Source: Octopus vulgaris
Taxonomy: Eukaryota
Assembly (NCBI GenBank): GCA_951406725.2
Contig: OX597826.1
Coordinates: forward strand, 31,310,001 to 31,374,000
Direction: 5' to 3'
DNA: 64,000 nucleotides
This document shows, in pieces, positions 24,229 to 36,357 of the stretch. Position 1 is the first letter of the stretch; every line of letters starts with the position of its first letter. The notes under the pieces were generated by a model. That model saw only the letters and a program-made list of their open reading frames with translations, had not been told where the DNA came from and did no database searches. The position numbers and the translations under genes are program-made.

Positions 24229-25571
24229 CCTTGTCTTGACATAGTTATAAAATGTATGTCATCACCATCATATAAGTGATGTCTGTTTCCAATGTTTTGT
24301 GAAAAACATGGGAGGCAATGGGGTAAATATTACCATACTTGGATACAAGTAAGGAGTGGTTTCACTGTTTCTGCTAAATGCCATTCTTATAAAGCTAAAT
24401 ACTATAAATCAACCAAGCTTAGAAGACTATCACCTGTGCTGACACCACATAAAAAGAACCCGGTACAAGTGGTTGGTGTTCGGAAGGACATTCAGCTGTA
24501 GAAACTATCCCCTAAACAGACAACTAGAGGATGGTGCAGCTCCCTAGTTTGTCAACTCCTGTCAAACTATCCAACCCATGCCAGCATAGAAAACAGACAT
24601 TAAATGATGATGATGAGTTTCCCCAAGTTCCAAGATGAAAATAATAATAATACTGATAAATACCGTAAAAGAAATTTACCAAATAAAACATTTTAAACAG
24701 AACATATGGAACATATTGAATGAGTGAATTTAATAGTACCAAAGCCCTAGCTTTAGCGCACAGGCTCCCAACTGGTGTGCCGCAAAATATATGTGTGTGG
24801 TATCATGATTGATCATTTAGAGTCAAAAATACAATTTGATACTATTTTAACAATAAATATTATTGTCATCTCATATTTTGTATTGTTGTCTATACATTTT
24901 TGTACTGTCATCTATTTTACGTTTATTACATGAACATCAGTGAAATAAAGAAAATTTTTATTACCAATTCCAGGGACATAGTTTTCTTACACAGATGTTT
25001 ATTATCCAGAGACACAGTCTTGTTACATTGATGTTAAAAAAAAAACTGTCATTTTAGATTTACTAATAGAGGTGCTGTGGATTTCTGAAAGGCTTGGCAA
25101 GGATGCCTCAAGGCAGAAAAGGTTGGGATAATGTGCCTTAGAGCTTAGTAACAAAGAAGGACAGCACACATGACTTTTGTGTGACCTCTGAGATGAGGTG
25201 GGGGCAGGAAGGAGATTCTATTAATCCTCGGACCAGAGATCACTTCTGACTAGTAGTAATATGAGGGCATGCACTGTAACAGTGTATTGCTACATTCACT
25301 ATTTGTGGGTGATTCCCTACTATGCCTGATAGATGATGCTTTTGCACCTCTTAGGTGACAATCTTCCAACCCATGGGTCTGTTCGGGTAGTCATTGTTTG
25401 CAAGGGTTTTAGCTGCTTTTTTACAACACACAGAGGAAACACTGGGTCTATTCTTTGACAAGTCAATCCCCACACAGCACTAGAGCAACATGAAATGAAG
25501 AGTTTTGCTCAAGAATGCAACACCCTTCCCAGTTTGGGAACTGAACAAACAATATGATGATCAGGAGTACA

Positions 25572-25703
25572 ACACCTTCACATTTGAATGCTAGTGTACA
25601 CACCTTCACATTTGAATGCTAGTGTACACACCTTCACATTTGAATGCTAGTGTACACACCTTCACATTTGAATGCGAGTGTACACACCTTCACATTTGAA
25701 TGC
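25572..25703. repeat. 28-bp minisatellite, about 4.7 copies
   Basis: acaccttcacatttgaatgctagtgtac starting at 25572, 25600, 25628, 25656 and 25684. Confidence 0.92.
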
Positions 25704-26009
25704 TTACAATAAATTGAATTCTGCTAAAAGCACCCAAGGGGCATGGATTATGTCCACCACTCCAACTACAAATAGAGGGCATCTAATAGAGAGCTGCACA
25801 GTTTCCATCCACTTAGTTTTAAGGGTCGAGTCAATACAAACCCCTGATTTGAAGACATTTGTTCTAGATGCTGTGCAGTGGGATCAAATCTGGAAACATA
25901 TCTGTTAAGTGAACCTCTGGTTATGCTTGTGTCAATATTTGATCAAAATTAATTTAGCGATATCAAAACCTTTACCAAACTTCCTATCAAAAAAGAGATC
26001 CCAACTTAC

Positions 26010-26160
26010 CCTCGACAGGCAAGTCTTCCTTATTCAGAGTCTGATCTAATACACCATCCATTGCTTCATCTAGCATGGTTCCATCAACTATGGTTTTCTT
26101 ATAGCTCTCAATATATCGTCGTGATGTCACAGAGCCAAATGCATTAGTCAACATAAGTTT
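26010..26160 (-). CDS. POLR1E: POLR1E exon 6 (KLMLTNAFGSVTSRR...DLPVE)
   Basis: ttacag| acceptor, G|GTAAGT donor. Confidence 0.9.
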
Positions 26161-26637
26161 CTGTAAAGAAACAGGAGAAAAAAAAAAAACACAAAATATT
26201 TTTAAAAACATCTGATACATATTTTAATTTTCTTTACACTCCCACCTGTCCATTTTTTAACATTTTAATATATTCAAGGTATATAAGAAAGCTGAAAATC
26301 CACCCCACCCCACCCCAAATAACTTCCTTTTCCAACAGCAGAAAATTCTACTGCAAGCTGGCAACCAACAATATAAAGCCAAGTCCTGTAATGATTTTGT
26401 CATAGAACGCAAATGAGTGATAAAAGGGATTAGAATTTTCTCCCTTATTGCCTTCAAAATGAATGTAAGCGATGTTAGTAGCATTTTTGTGATATCATAT
26501 GCTTCAGTAATGGCAGACCAATGCAGTTCCATGCAGAACTGAGTGATACATGAAGTTATGACTAATATATTTACAATATTGTATCCATTTAATCAAGTAA
26601 GAATAGGCCAGACAGGTATACAAACTGAGACGTTTTT

Positions 26638-27005
26638 CTTTTATTCTTTTACTTGTTTCAGTCATTTGACTGCAGCCATACTGGAGCACCACCTTTAGTC
26701 AAACAAATCGACCCAAGGACTTATTCTTTGTAAGCCTGGTACTTATTATATTGGTCTCTTTTGTTGAACCACTAAGTTACGGGGACATAAACATACCAAC
26801 ATCGGTTGTCAAGCGATGGTGGAGGGACAAATACACAAATATATACATATATGGTGGGCTTCTTTCAGTTTCCATCTACCAGATCCACTCACAAGGTTGT
26901 GGTTGGCCCAAGGCTATAGTAGAAGACACTTGCCCAAGGTGTCATGCAGTGGGACTGAATCCAAAATCATGTGGTTAGGAAGCAAGCTTCTTACCACACA
27001 GCCAC
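26638..27005 (-). mobile_element. SINE family A copy
   Basis: Reverse complement of family A. Confidence 0.75.
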
Positions 27006-27129
27006 AAGGTAAACTTTTATGCAAGTAATCTTACAAGCAGTGTGTGATTTTTCTCTTCGTGCTATCTTTGCAACTCTACTAATTAATCAATAACTAATTA
27101 ATTAATAATAGAAGGTAAAAGTTACAAAC

Positions 27130-27188
27130 CTGTTCAACTGCAGACAAACCTAAAGTCTCTGAAATATCTTCATCTTTTGTTTGTGTTT
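27130..27188 (-). CDS. POLR1E: POLR1E exon 5 (ETQTKDEDISETLGLSAVEQ)
   Basis: tttcag| acceptor, CAG|GTTTGT donor; phases 1/0 fit the neighbouring exons. Confidence 0.8.
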
Positions 27189-27295
27189 CTGAAATAGAGA
27201 ATTGAAGAGAAATTTTATTAAAGACCAGGAGTTGTTTCAGATGGGGTGGAATAAAAAAGGGTAAACAACTCAACTCTGAAACTGAACTAAGTTAC

Positions 27296-27381
27296 CTGGG
27301 AATTTAGGCTGCAAATCAAATATTTCCACATCACATATTTGCATTTTCCCTGTAGTTTTGTTTAAAACACCAACATAATGT
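27296..27381 (-). CDS. POLR1E: POLR1E exon 4 (KHYVGVLNKTTGKMQICDVEIFDLQPKFP)
   Basis: cttgcag| acceptor, CAG|GTAACT donor; strongly conserved motif. Confidence 0.92.
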
Positions 27382-27749
27382 CTGCAAGAGAGGGGAAAAT
27401 ATTATTATTATAAGAAAATGATATTCAAGACAGTATAATGATTGGAATATACTCAAAAGAAAGTACATGGCTGCACAGTTCTTTTAGTCTGTCTCACCAT
27501 GGACTACTAAACCTCTCAAATGTGGATGTTATTATAAAAATGCATTCAGTACACACTGTAAAACAGTTGGCAATATGAAGGGCATCCTGCCATTGAAACC
27601 AAGCCATAAGACATATACAAGCATGAGCTCTATGGCAGCAACAGTTCCCACTAATGTGTTGGATTGAAAGGACTTGATGAAGCCATTCCACCACGGGGAG
27701 TGAGAATAGAATGATGATGAAATTAATGTAAGAAGTTTGCTAAACTCAC

Positions 27750-27826
27750 TTGTACATTTCAGAAGAGTCAGATTTTTCCCCACTGAAGTTGTCACCAACA
27801 TAGCATATTGAGTCTGTCTTCCCAAC
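27750..27826 (-). CDS. POLR1E: POLR1E exon 3 (VGKTDSICYVGDNFSGEKSDSSEMY)
   Basis: ttccag| acceptor, AA|GTGAGT donor. Confidence 0.88.
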
Positions 27827-28334
27827 CTGGAAAGTTAATGATTTAATTACAAAACAATTTAAACTAGTGACACCTACATAAAATTAAACATTTTATAAAT
27901 ATTCATATTTCTTAAAAAAATGAGATAATTGCTTGTAAAACTTTTAAGAAATGCAGGTGTTAATTGAAAAATATAAGGTGATACAATATCTGTAGCTTCG
28001 CCTTTCATTCACTGACTTAATTCACAAAAACTCACCTTTATTATAGTGATTGGCCCACTTTGTAAAGTGGTTAGCATTTGGAAGAACATCCAGCTATAAA
28101 AATCATTCCAAAGCAGAGCTTGTTGTTGCTAGTTCCACATAAAAAATGCCCCCAGTCATCTCTATAAAGTGGTTGACATTAGGAAGGGCATCAAGCTGTA
28201 AAAACCATGTCAAAACAGATAGTAGATATCAGTGCAGTCCTCTGGCTTGCCAGCTCCTGTCAAACTGTCCAAACTCTGCCAGCATAGAAGGTGGGTTTTA
28301 AATGATGATGACGATTAATTTGGTCGACATGACT

Positions 28335-28605
28335 AAAGTCTCTGAGCCGAGACTGTTTGGTCACGTTGCTTGGTTTTTCAAGTTAGACCTTGTTAACAGT
28401 GATCTCTTCACTGAGAATCCAGTTGGGCTGACAACTTTTGTTGATCGACCACATGCCACATGGTCATGACAGACGAGGAGGTATGTTGTGGAGATGGAGA
28501 CTGACTGGGACTCTGCTTGATGGGTCACCCAGGAGGACTTGGGAATATACAAATAAATGGTGAATGCAGCCACACAATGCATGCCCCACACCTGACCTGA
28601 CCTGC
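28335..28605 (+). mobile_element. LINE (RTE-like) C-terminus and 3' tail remnant
   Basis: RLFGHVA...RPHATW motif followed by a (CCTGA)n tail. Confidence 0.55.
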
Positions 28606-28791
28606 TCCATATGTGGCTGTAGCCATGTCCTTTGCAAGGCCCTTCAATAGCACACACAAATGTAGCTTGACAGATTGGGATATTAAGTTCTTTATAACAA
28701 CAATTCAGAGCCGTGTCACATATCTGATTCACACTACAATACTGATGATAAGATGAAAATATATCCAATCATTAATTTGAGAATAACTTAC

Positions 28792-28895
28792 CAGAATCCT
28801 TTTCCTTTTCCCATTGTAACTCTGAGTTTGTAGGTAAGACAGAAATTTGATCTTCTTGTGCTTTTTTTTCTTAAGTTTTCCATGAGAGAAAGTTG
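28792..28895 (-). CDS. POLR1E: POLR1E exon 2 (ATFSHGKL...KRKRIL)
   Basis: cacag| acceptor, CTG|GTAAGT donor. Confidence 0.88.
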
Positions 28896-29079
28896 CTGTG
28901 TAATGTATATAAAAACACAATTAATTTTATATTTAATGTAAGCATGTATTTTTGTAATTATATTTATTTTTCTACAGTGTAATAATTTTATTTCTGTATT
29001 AAATATTGTATTGTAGGTGTTGTTATTGCAATTTGGAACTACTATAAAACCTATCCCAGAGATTTACAGTTCGAATTCA

Positions 29080-29670
29080 ATCTGGGATTATATACCGGAT
29101 TTTCCAGCATACAAGTCGAATTTTCAGACCAATGATTCCATATGAAATGCAGCAAGATAGTGATGATGTTTAAATGTTTACTCTACATGTCTACAATTTT
29201 TCAGGTCGACTTGTATGTCACAAGATACGGAACATATCCAAGACTATCCAGAGGACAATTAGAAACCAAATTTATTGAAGCAAAGAGATTCATCCGAAAT
29301 ATGGACAATTAAAGTTAATGGTGAAATTGGAAGCAAATTATTATAACTATGTGTCTCATGATACAAAAGCTTATAAAGCCTCGTTTTCCTCTATCCTCGG
29401 AGGAGACAATGGACAACAGACAGGCTTGGAAAGAAATGATTGTTGCTGCTTGCTATTTGCTGATACGCACCATATTAAACAATATAAGTAATGAATGGTT
29501 CGATGTTCTTTTTCCCTACATATGACAGATTTGTATCACCATGAAGATATTTATGGCTAAAATCAGTCACAGAAAACTACGGCCCGCAGGACTTGCTGAA
29601 TGGTATGCCAACGAAAATTACCTTGAATTTTTTAGTAGTGCGGCCCGCTTTTCGAAAAAGGTTGCCCCTT
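29080..29670 (+). mobile_element. Possible decayed hAT (Charlie-like) element
   Basis: GGCCCGC motifs and AAAGGTTGCCC end typical of hAT termini; no intact ORF. Confidence 0.35.
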
Positions 29671-30059
29671 CTTGGTTAAAATAGAGAGGTATGGGTATTC
29701 TTTCGTTACAAAGAAAGAATACCGAGGTATGTCTCTGAAGAGAGGAATAATTATAAGATTGGGACAACCAAGAGGAAGTCTTCCAGAAACAGTAATGTTT
29801 CAACGATTAAGCTATACATATGTCTAATAATGCTTTTAAAGTATAAAATTCATAATTAACAAAGAGAATAATGTTTGACTTAAAATATAAGTGTCAATAT
29901 TGACTCAATGTTTTGATGTTTACATTCCCGGTGAGGAGTTAATCATAAATGAAAGATTCAATCGCTAAAAAAAGAAATTAAAAAAAACTCTTTACATAAA
30001 ATAGTTAAAGCTAAATGGTACGAATAAAGCAAGAAATATTGCTTATATTTATAAATTAC

Positions 30060-30099
30060 CAATTGTTAACGTCGGACGTTTGTCTTTCACTTCGAACAT
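30060..30099 (-). CDS. POLR1E: POLR1E exon 1 (MFEVKDKRPTLTI)
   Basis: ATG at 30099; donor G|GTAATT; phase 1 matches exon 2. Confidence 0.7.
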
Positions 30100-30888
30100 T
30101 TTGAGAGATTGAAACCATGTGGCATCAAGGCTTAATGGGCATTAGGGTTTAATGTGGAGGTTTGCTATAGACCACTTTAATACAGGCACCTAATAGAATT
30201 GAGAGGAAAGTAAAAAAAAAATAATAATAATAATAATTTACCAGATTAGTTAGAAACTAATTCAGCATTTGTTTAGCGTCGATATTTTTTACATTTGACT
30301 GCGGCGATGCTGGGGCACTGCCTTGAAGGGTTTTTAGTCGAACTTTAAATTAATATCTCGAAGAGATGAAAACCATAATATATATATGTTTGAGTGAATG
30401 TATTTTTCGCTTGTAAACAAGATTAACGTATTTAATTGCGATTATTATTGTTATTATTTTTATTTGTGTGTGTGGGTGTTAATTCACCTCCAAGTGTGGG
30501 TGAAAGATTTACTAAAGAAAACTGGGGGGGAAATGCAATTGAAGTACTTAAAGTTGCATAAATAACATAGTAGTCAACTTTATTAAATATATAAGTATTT
30601 CACAAATATTTGGTAGCACTTATGTAGGTCATTCTAATTTTTATTGTTAATTAAAAAAATAAGTAATATATATCAATTTTAATACATAAACAAAACACAA
30701 TTCTCAGAACGTCCACTGTGTGACAATGGTTCCGGAGTCGTCAGACAATTATCACTATTCGTATTCCCTCTCCTTCCTGTGTGGAGGTCGCGAATCGTTG
30801 TTTTGGAGGACAGTTCGTCACCCTCGTCTATAGTGGAGCTTTCTTTTTCCTTCACACAAATCCATCGGTCACCCTTATAAAAAAAACC
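30100..30888. promoter_or_regulatory. Putative bidirectional promoter region between POLR1E and NDUFC2
   Basis: Divergent ATGs about 790 bp apart; local CpG enrichment near 30700-30830. Confidence 0.6.
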
Positions 30889-30994
30889 ATGAAGGGTATC
30901 TTGGATTTAAGTGCAGAGGAGGCTGGAATGTCCGTTGTGGGTATTCTGACGGCAGTATCACATAATATGTTTAAGAACCGACCCGTCTATGCAG
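30889..30994 (+). CDS. NDUFC2: NDUFC2 exon 1
   Basis: aaccATG start; GCAG|GTAAAG donor. Confidence 0.88.
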
Positions 30995-32099
30995 GTAAAG
31001 TATTGGAGGGAGTTGGAACCAGCGACCCCCACCGCGATTTAGATTTCTTATTTTGTTTTTTATATGAATTCACTTTTTTGATATTGCTCTTGGAAAATGT
31101 TATTTCTTCCCTGCCACTTCTTTTTCATTCTTCTGAAGCAAACCTATGATCAAAGACCCTCCAATTGTAACCATCGTTACCGTCAAGGAAGGTCATACAG
31201 TTGACTCCGTTATATACAACACTGGAGGATAAATGTGTAAGATAGGTAGAGAGAAATCACTTGACAACTGGTGTTAGTTTTTTTACGTTCCCGTCAATAG
31301 CAATTCGGCATAAAAGAAGTCGATAGCATAAATACCAGACCTAAGTACTGGGTACTACCTAAGAAGAGTGGTCCCGGTGCGCGTACTCGCGCTCGCTAAT
31401 CGTGATTAGTCGATCCTACAACGACTACCTAGCAAAGTAAATAAAACACAAAATAAATAATTTTTGTACTGTGGGACGATTTACCTTCGAAACAGGTAGA
31501 AGAATAGATACGGGTAAATTCTTTTACACCCGTCTCCGAACTCACGGAGGAGGAATCGGTATGTTGTTACCCTCTGTGGGAGAATAGTTTTTTTTAAATT
31601 GATTTTTTTTATATTTTGCCCACAAATTCCATGCCCTTCTAGTATTTTTTTTCTTCCGCCGCTAATTATATGACCATTCCATTCTAGATGTTTAGTCAAT
31701 CATATCTACTTCACCTCGTCCATTACTAAAACCTATTCCACGCTCTCCTGGTTCCATCAGCACTAGAATAAAGATCACTGTAATTTAATCTTTCAAAATA
31801 AACCGAAAAATAGCGCAGCACTTTTTTTGGAAATTAACCGAAACCCTGCTATTAAATTAATTAGAAAGGAAGTTGTTTAAACTCCTATGAGATTTGTTAA
31901 AGCAAACCTATGATCAAAGACCCTCCAATTGTAACCATCTCGTCTTTACATCAGGTAAAGGTACGTTGGACTACATTGTCCAATGTACCTTACTTGCTAG
32001 CATTCCAACCAAGTCTCCAGTTTGAAGATACTTTCCTCTTAGAGGCCATGAGAACTGCCATTCTACCTGGCATAAAGGTAAAAAATGTCTTTTAACAAT

Positions 32100-32370
32100 T
32101 CTAGGTCTTGCTGTAGGGAATGGTAATCTGTTGATGTTTGCATGTTTATACATTAGGGTGTTGTCTACTGAAAGTATTAGTGAGGAGGTGATGACAGTAG
32201 GCAGGTCATTTATGTACAACAGGAATAACAATAGCCCAAATACTAAATCTTAAAGCTGTAATATTTCTCATATCATAGGGGTTACTGCAGATTTACTATC
32301 ATTCACTATTGCTTTTGGCCTTCTGCTCTTTAACCTGCTCCCTCTAATCCATTCTAGAGTTTAATTTTGT
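32100..32370 (-). mobile_element. CR1/L2-like LINE RT remnant
   Basis: LLFLLYINDLP motif in ORF 31971..32231. Confidence 0.55.
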
Positions 32371-33185
32371 AGTGCTTGCATCCATCATCATCATTTAACA
32401 CCCACTTTTCCAAGATTGCATGAGTCAGATGGAATCTGTTGAAGCAGATTTCGTGGTCCAGCGCTGTTGTTGTTGCCAATCTTCACCCATTTTCCAAGCA
32501 AGGTAATATTTTCTCCTTAGCTAGACATGTTTTTTCACAGGAGACTGGAAACAAACCTTGTTTGAATGATGAGGATTCTTGTTTACAACCATCTCACGAT
32601 GTCTAGACAAGAGTATACACACAACAGGCTTCTTTCGGTTTCTGTCAAACAAATCCGCTCACAAGGCTTTGGACAACCTAATGCTATGATAGCTGACACT
32701 TACCTTTGGTGCTATGCAGTTGATTGAACCCACTAACCATTTTGGTAATAATTCTCTGTGGCCAGACATGTTTTCATGGAAGATTGGAAACAAAGGACAC
32801 CACTTGTGTGACAGTGATGTTCTTTTACAACTATCACACAATATCAAGGCAAAGAGACACAAATATATACATATATACACGCATACACAATAAGCTTCTT
32901 TGTTTCTGTCTACCAAATTCACTCACAAGGTTTTGGTTGGCCCAAGGCTATAGTAGAAAATACTTTCCCAAAGTGCCATGCAGAGGGATTGAACCCAGAA
33001 CTGTATGGTTAGGAAGTGGACTTTCTGAAACACACATGAAGGATGTATAGTTTTGATGGTGGTCAAATTTAGAGCCCCCTTTCTTTGTGCATGTGACATT
33101 TCTTTGTGCCAGTCTGCAAGAACGTTGTGGTGTCTAGTGAATGTTACTATGTCTGTTACTATTGGTGCAATATCATTAGATAACA

Positions 33186-33400
33186 AGGCGGCAAGCTGGC
33201 AGACATGTTAGCATGCCGGGCGAAATGCCCAGCAGTTTTTCATCTATCTTTACATTCTGAGTTCAAATTCCGCTGAGGTCAACTTTGCCTTTCATCCTTT
33301 TGGGAGTCGATAAATTAAGTGCCAGTTGTGAACTGGGGTTGATCTAATTGACTGGCCCCTTCCCCCAAAATTTTAGGCTTTGTGCCCAGAACAGAAAAGA
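33186..33400 (+). mobile_element. tRNA-derived SINE family B
   Basis: ggcggcaagctggcag...GAGTTCAAATTCC B-box...ccccaaaa; other copies at 37085-37275(-), 41058-41262(-) and 62618-62822(+). Confidence 0.7.
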
Positions 33401-35721
33401 ATATCATTAGGTAAGTCATTCTAATAAGTTAGGGAACAATTAGGTCTGGTCCTTGGATTGTTTAGCAGGCTTAGGATTCCTTGTGTGCTCACCAGACCCA
33501 TGCAAAACTGATAACAATTTTCCATATAGTTTCCGTTTACTGTTTCCACGCCCTCGACATTAGTTGGTTTAAGGTTTTAATGGTAGAAGACACTCAAAGT
33601 ACAGCAGTGGGACTGAACCCGAGACTACGAGGTTGCAAAGCGAACTTTTTAACCACACAGCCATGCCTGCCCCTGAGAAAAGCTTATTATGGCATCACAT
33701 TGTCAAAGGGTTTGAAACATCACTTTGCGGGCCAAGGATATTTGCTGCAGCAGATCTGGTGACTTCATTAATCAGTTGAAACTTCAACAATTCATTTATC
33801 TCCTTGTTTAACCCCGATTGTGCAAACCTGTAATCAAAACCATTCTAGCCATAATGCACAGAGGGAGATTTGGCTGAAGTTTCTTCATAGGTTGGTCATT
33901 TATCTGTAGTTCTGCTTGGTCAATGAAAAATGCTGCTTTAGATTAAAACTTGGTTTATCATTTTTTTTTACTCTTTTACGTGTTTCAGTCTTTGGCCTGT
34001 GCGACCATGTTGGGGCACCACCGAGAAGGGTTTTAGTCAAACAGATTAATCCCAGTTCTTATTTTTAAGTCTGGTACTTATCAGTTGCTTTTGCCAAACT
34101 GCTAAGTCATGGGGGATCAAGCAAACTAATATTGGTTATTAAGTGGTGGTGTGAAGGGAAAAACAAGATCGAAGGGTCCTGTCAGTCCTATTTTTTGGGT
34201 CATTTTCCATCAACTTTAGAGAGTGTAAGTGGTGTGAAAACAGAACTAAAGGGGCCTCTCAACCTTACTTTTTCTCTGCTTGTTTACCATTCACTTATCG
34301 ATTAATGTCCACTTTCCGTGCTGGCATGGCTTGGACAGTTTAACAGGGACTGGTCAGCTGCTCAGGTCCCACTTGTCTATTTTGACATGCTTTCTATAAC
34401 TAGATGCCCTTCCTCACCTTGACAACAACCACTTCAGTGTACTGGGTGTTTTTTATGCAGCACTGGTTTGGGAACTTTTACATGGCACCAGCACCCACAA
34501 GAAGGAACTCTCAACTGAGGGAAGTAGGACCTACCTGTATTAATGGCCACACTTTTACTTAGCTTGACATGCTTTGTCAAGCACAGCAAACTGCCAGGAG
34601 CCTTGGTTCCTTATCATCTCCTCTGTGAGTCTTGTTTTAATTCTTTAGCATTCAGATCGTTTTGAATGAAGCATGCATTATTTTGTAGCTTTGCGATTTT
34701 TGAAGAGGTAACTATTAATTTTTAGAATAATGATATTCTAGGGTTAGTTTGAGAGGCCAGATCTGGCCAGTTTTAACATAAAGGTAGAATATTTTGGCAG
34801 GATATGGCTGGTTTAAATGCTGAATGGTTAAAAATTGAAAAAAGGAAACATAAGCTATGATAGTTAAAGGTCTGGACTAATCTGGGCTCACAATGGTATC
34901 ATAATTCATTTTTAAAAATAATGTTTATATCAATTTTTATAGACTTAGACTTTATTTATTGCATTATCAAACAGATATGGTAAACTGACTTGTTTGGTTC
35001 ATCATTCTGTCACAGGTATCTTGTTAGGATGCCTGCCTACATGTAATAACTCCCTTGGCCCATACATGCAGATAAGAATAATATGCACTGCAGACTCACA
35101 AAGTAGATTGATATATACCTGATGATATAAAAATGAAGATCATGCTGTCATGGGTTGGACAGGACCTAATGGGTCCAAGGACTACTTCATGATCCAGTGT
35201 CTGCTTTGGCAGTTTCTCCTGCTGGATGCCCTTCTTAATAACCAACCACTCTACAGCATGCACTGATTACTTTCATTGTGCCATCTGCACTAGTGAAGCG
35301 TCCATGCAGCTTGAAAGACTGAGGGTGTTAGAGATGAAAGGGACTGAGCAGAACAGGCTTCTTGGTGTAAGGAAGCTATATGTGTGTCCACAGTTTAAAA
35401 GAGAGTATAGGGGTGACAGGGTGGAGCTTGGAAGCAGTAAAAAAAATAGTAAACTAACTATCTGTATATATCATCATCATCACTGTTTCATGTTCATCTT
35501 CCTGGCATGAATTGGACGGTTTGACTGGAGGTGGTAAGCCAGAGGACTGCCCCAGGCGCCACTGGTTGTTTTGGCATGGTTTTTACTGCAAGATGTCCTT
35601 CCCAATGCCAACGATTTTACAGTGTATTGACTCCTTTTTTCTCAAGTACCATTAAAGAGAGACACCTTTTAATAAAATTCTATAGCACTGTAATCTCACA
35701 AAGATGCATAATATTTCTTAC

Positions 35722-36105
35722 TCTCTTTACTCTGTTTTACCTGTTACAGCCATTTGACTGCGGCCATGCTGGAACACCGCCTTTAGTCGAGCAAATCAGC
35801 CCCGGGACTTATTCTTTGTAAGCCCAGTACTTATTCTATCGGTGTCTTTTTGCCGAATTGCTAAGTGACAGGGACATAAACACACCAGCATCGGTTGTCA
35901 AGCAATGCTAGGGGGACAAACACAGACACACACACATATATACAACAGGCTTCTTTGAGTTTCTGTCTACCAAATCCACTCACAAGGCTTTGGTCAGCCC
36001 GAGGCTATAGTAGAAGACACTTGCCCAAGGTGACATGAAGTGGGACTGAACCCGGAACCATGTGGTTGGTAAGCAAGCTACTTACCACACAGCCACTCCT
36101 GCGCC
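35722..36105 (-). mobile_element. SINE family A copy (full length)
   Basis: Reverse complement of family A, including the head ggcgcaggagtggctgtgtgg. Confidence 0.8.
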
Positions 36106-36213
36106 TAACGTATATCTACTTAGGTACAAACTGTAAAAATGGTATTAAAAAAAACCTGCTACACTGTGTCAATCAGTAACAAATCTGATATTGGTTTTAA
36201 CTTTTTTTTACAG

Positions 36214-36357
36214 GCATTCAGCGTCACATTGCTTTTGGTCTTATTGGCTTGTATCTGGGCAACTTAATTAAGAATTATCGCCTTGATTACAACCGCAGAA
36301 AGTGGATTTACATAGAGGATTATATGGCAAAACATCCAGAAAGGTTTCCTGAAGCTC
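36214..36357 (+). CDS. NDUFC2: NDUFC2 exon 2
   Basis: tttacag| acceptor, C|GTAAGT donor; HPERFP motif. Confidence 0.93.

Larger units (their letters stand above)
13496..30099 (-). other. POLR1E: Gene model: DNA-directed RNA polymerase I subunit RPA49/PAF53, 12 coding exons, 1197 nt, 398 aa
   Basis: Motifs TFSHGKL, CYVGDNF, KHYVGVLNKTTGKMQICDVEIFDLQP, LTNAFGS, LLPPCNVDATSPEDVY and DKLLLHILILLLIIDNF match the A49/PAF53 family (human FSNGKL, SYVGNNF, RHFVGILNKTSGQMEVYDAELFNMQP, YLPPCYDDAAKPEDVY, recalled). All 11 introns are GT-AG with matching phases. Confidence 0.93.
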
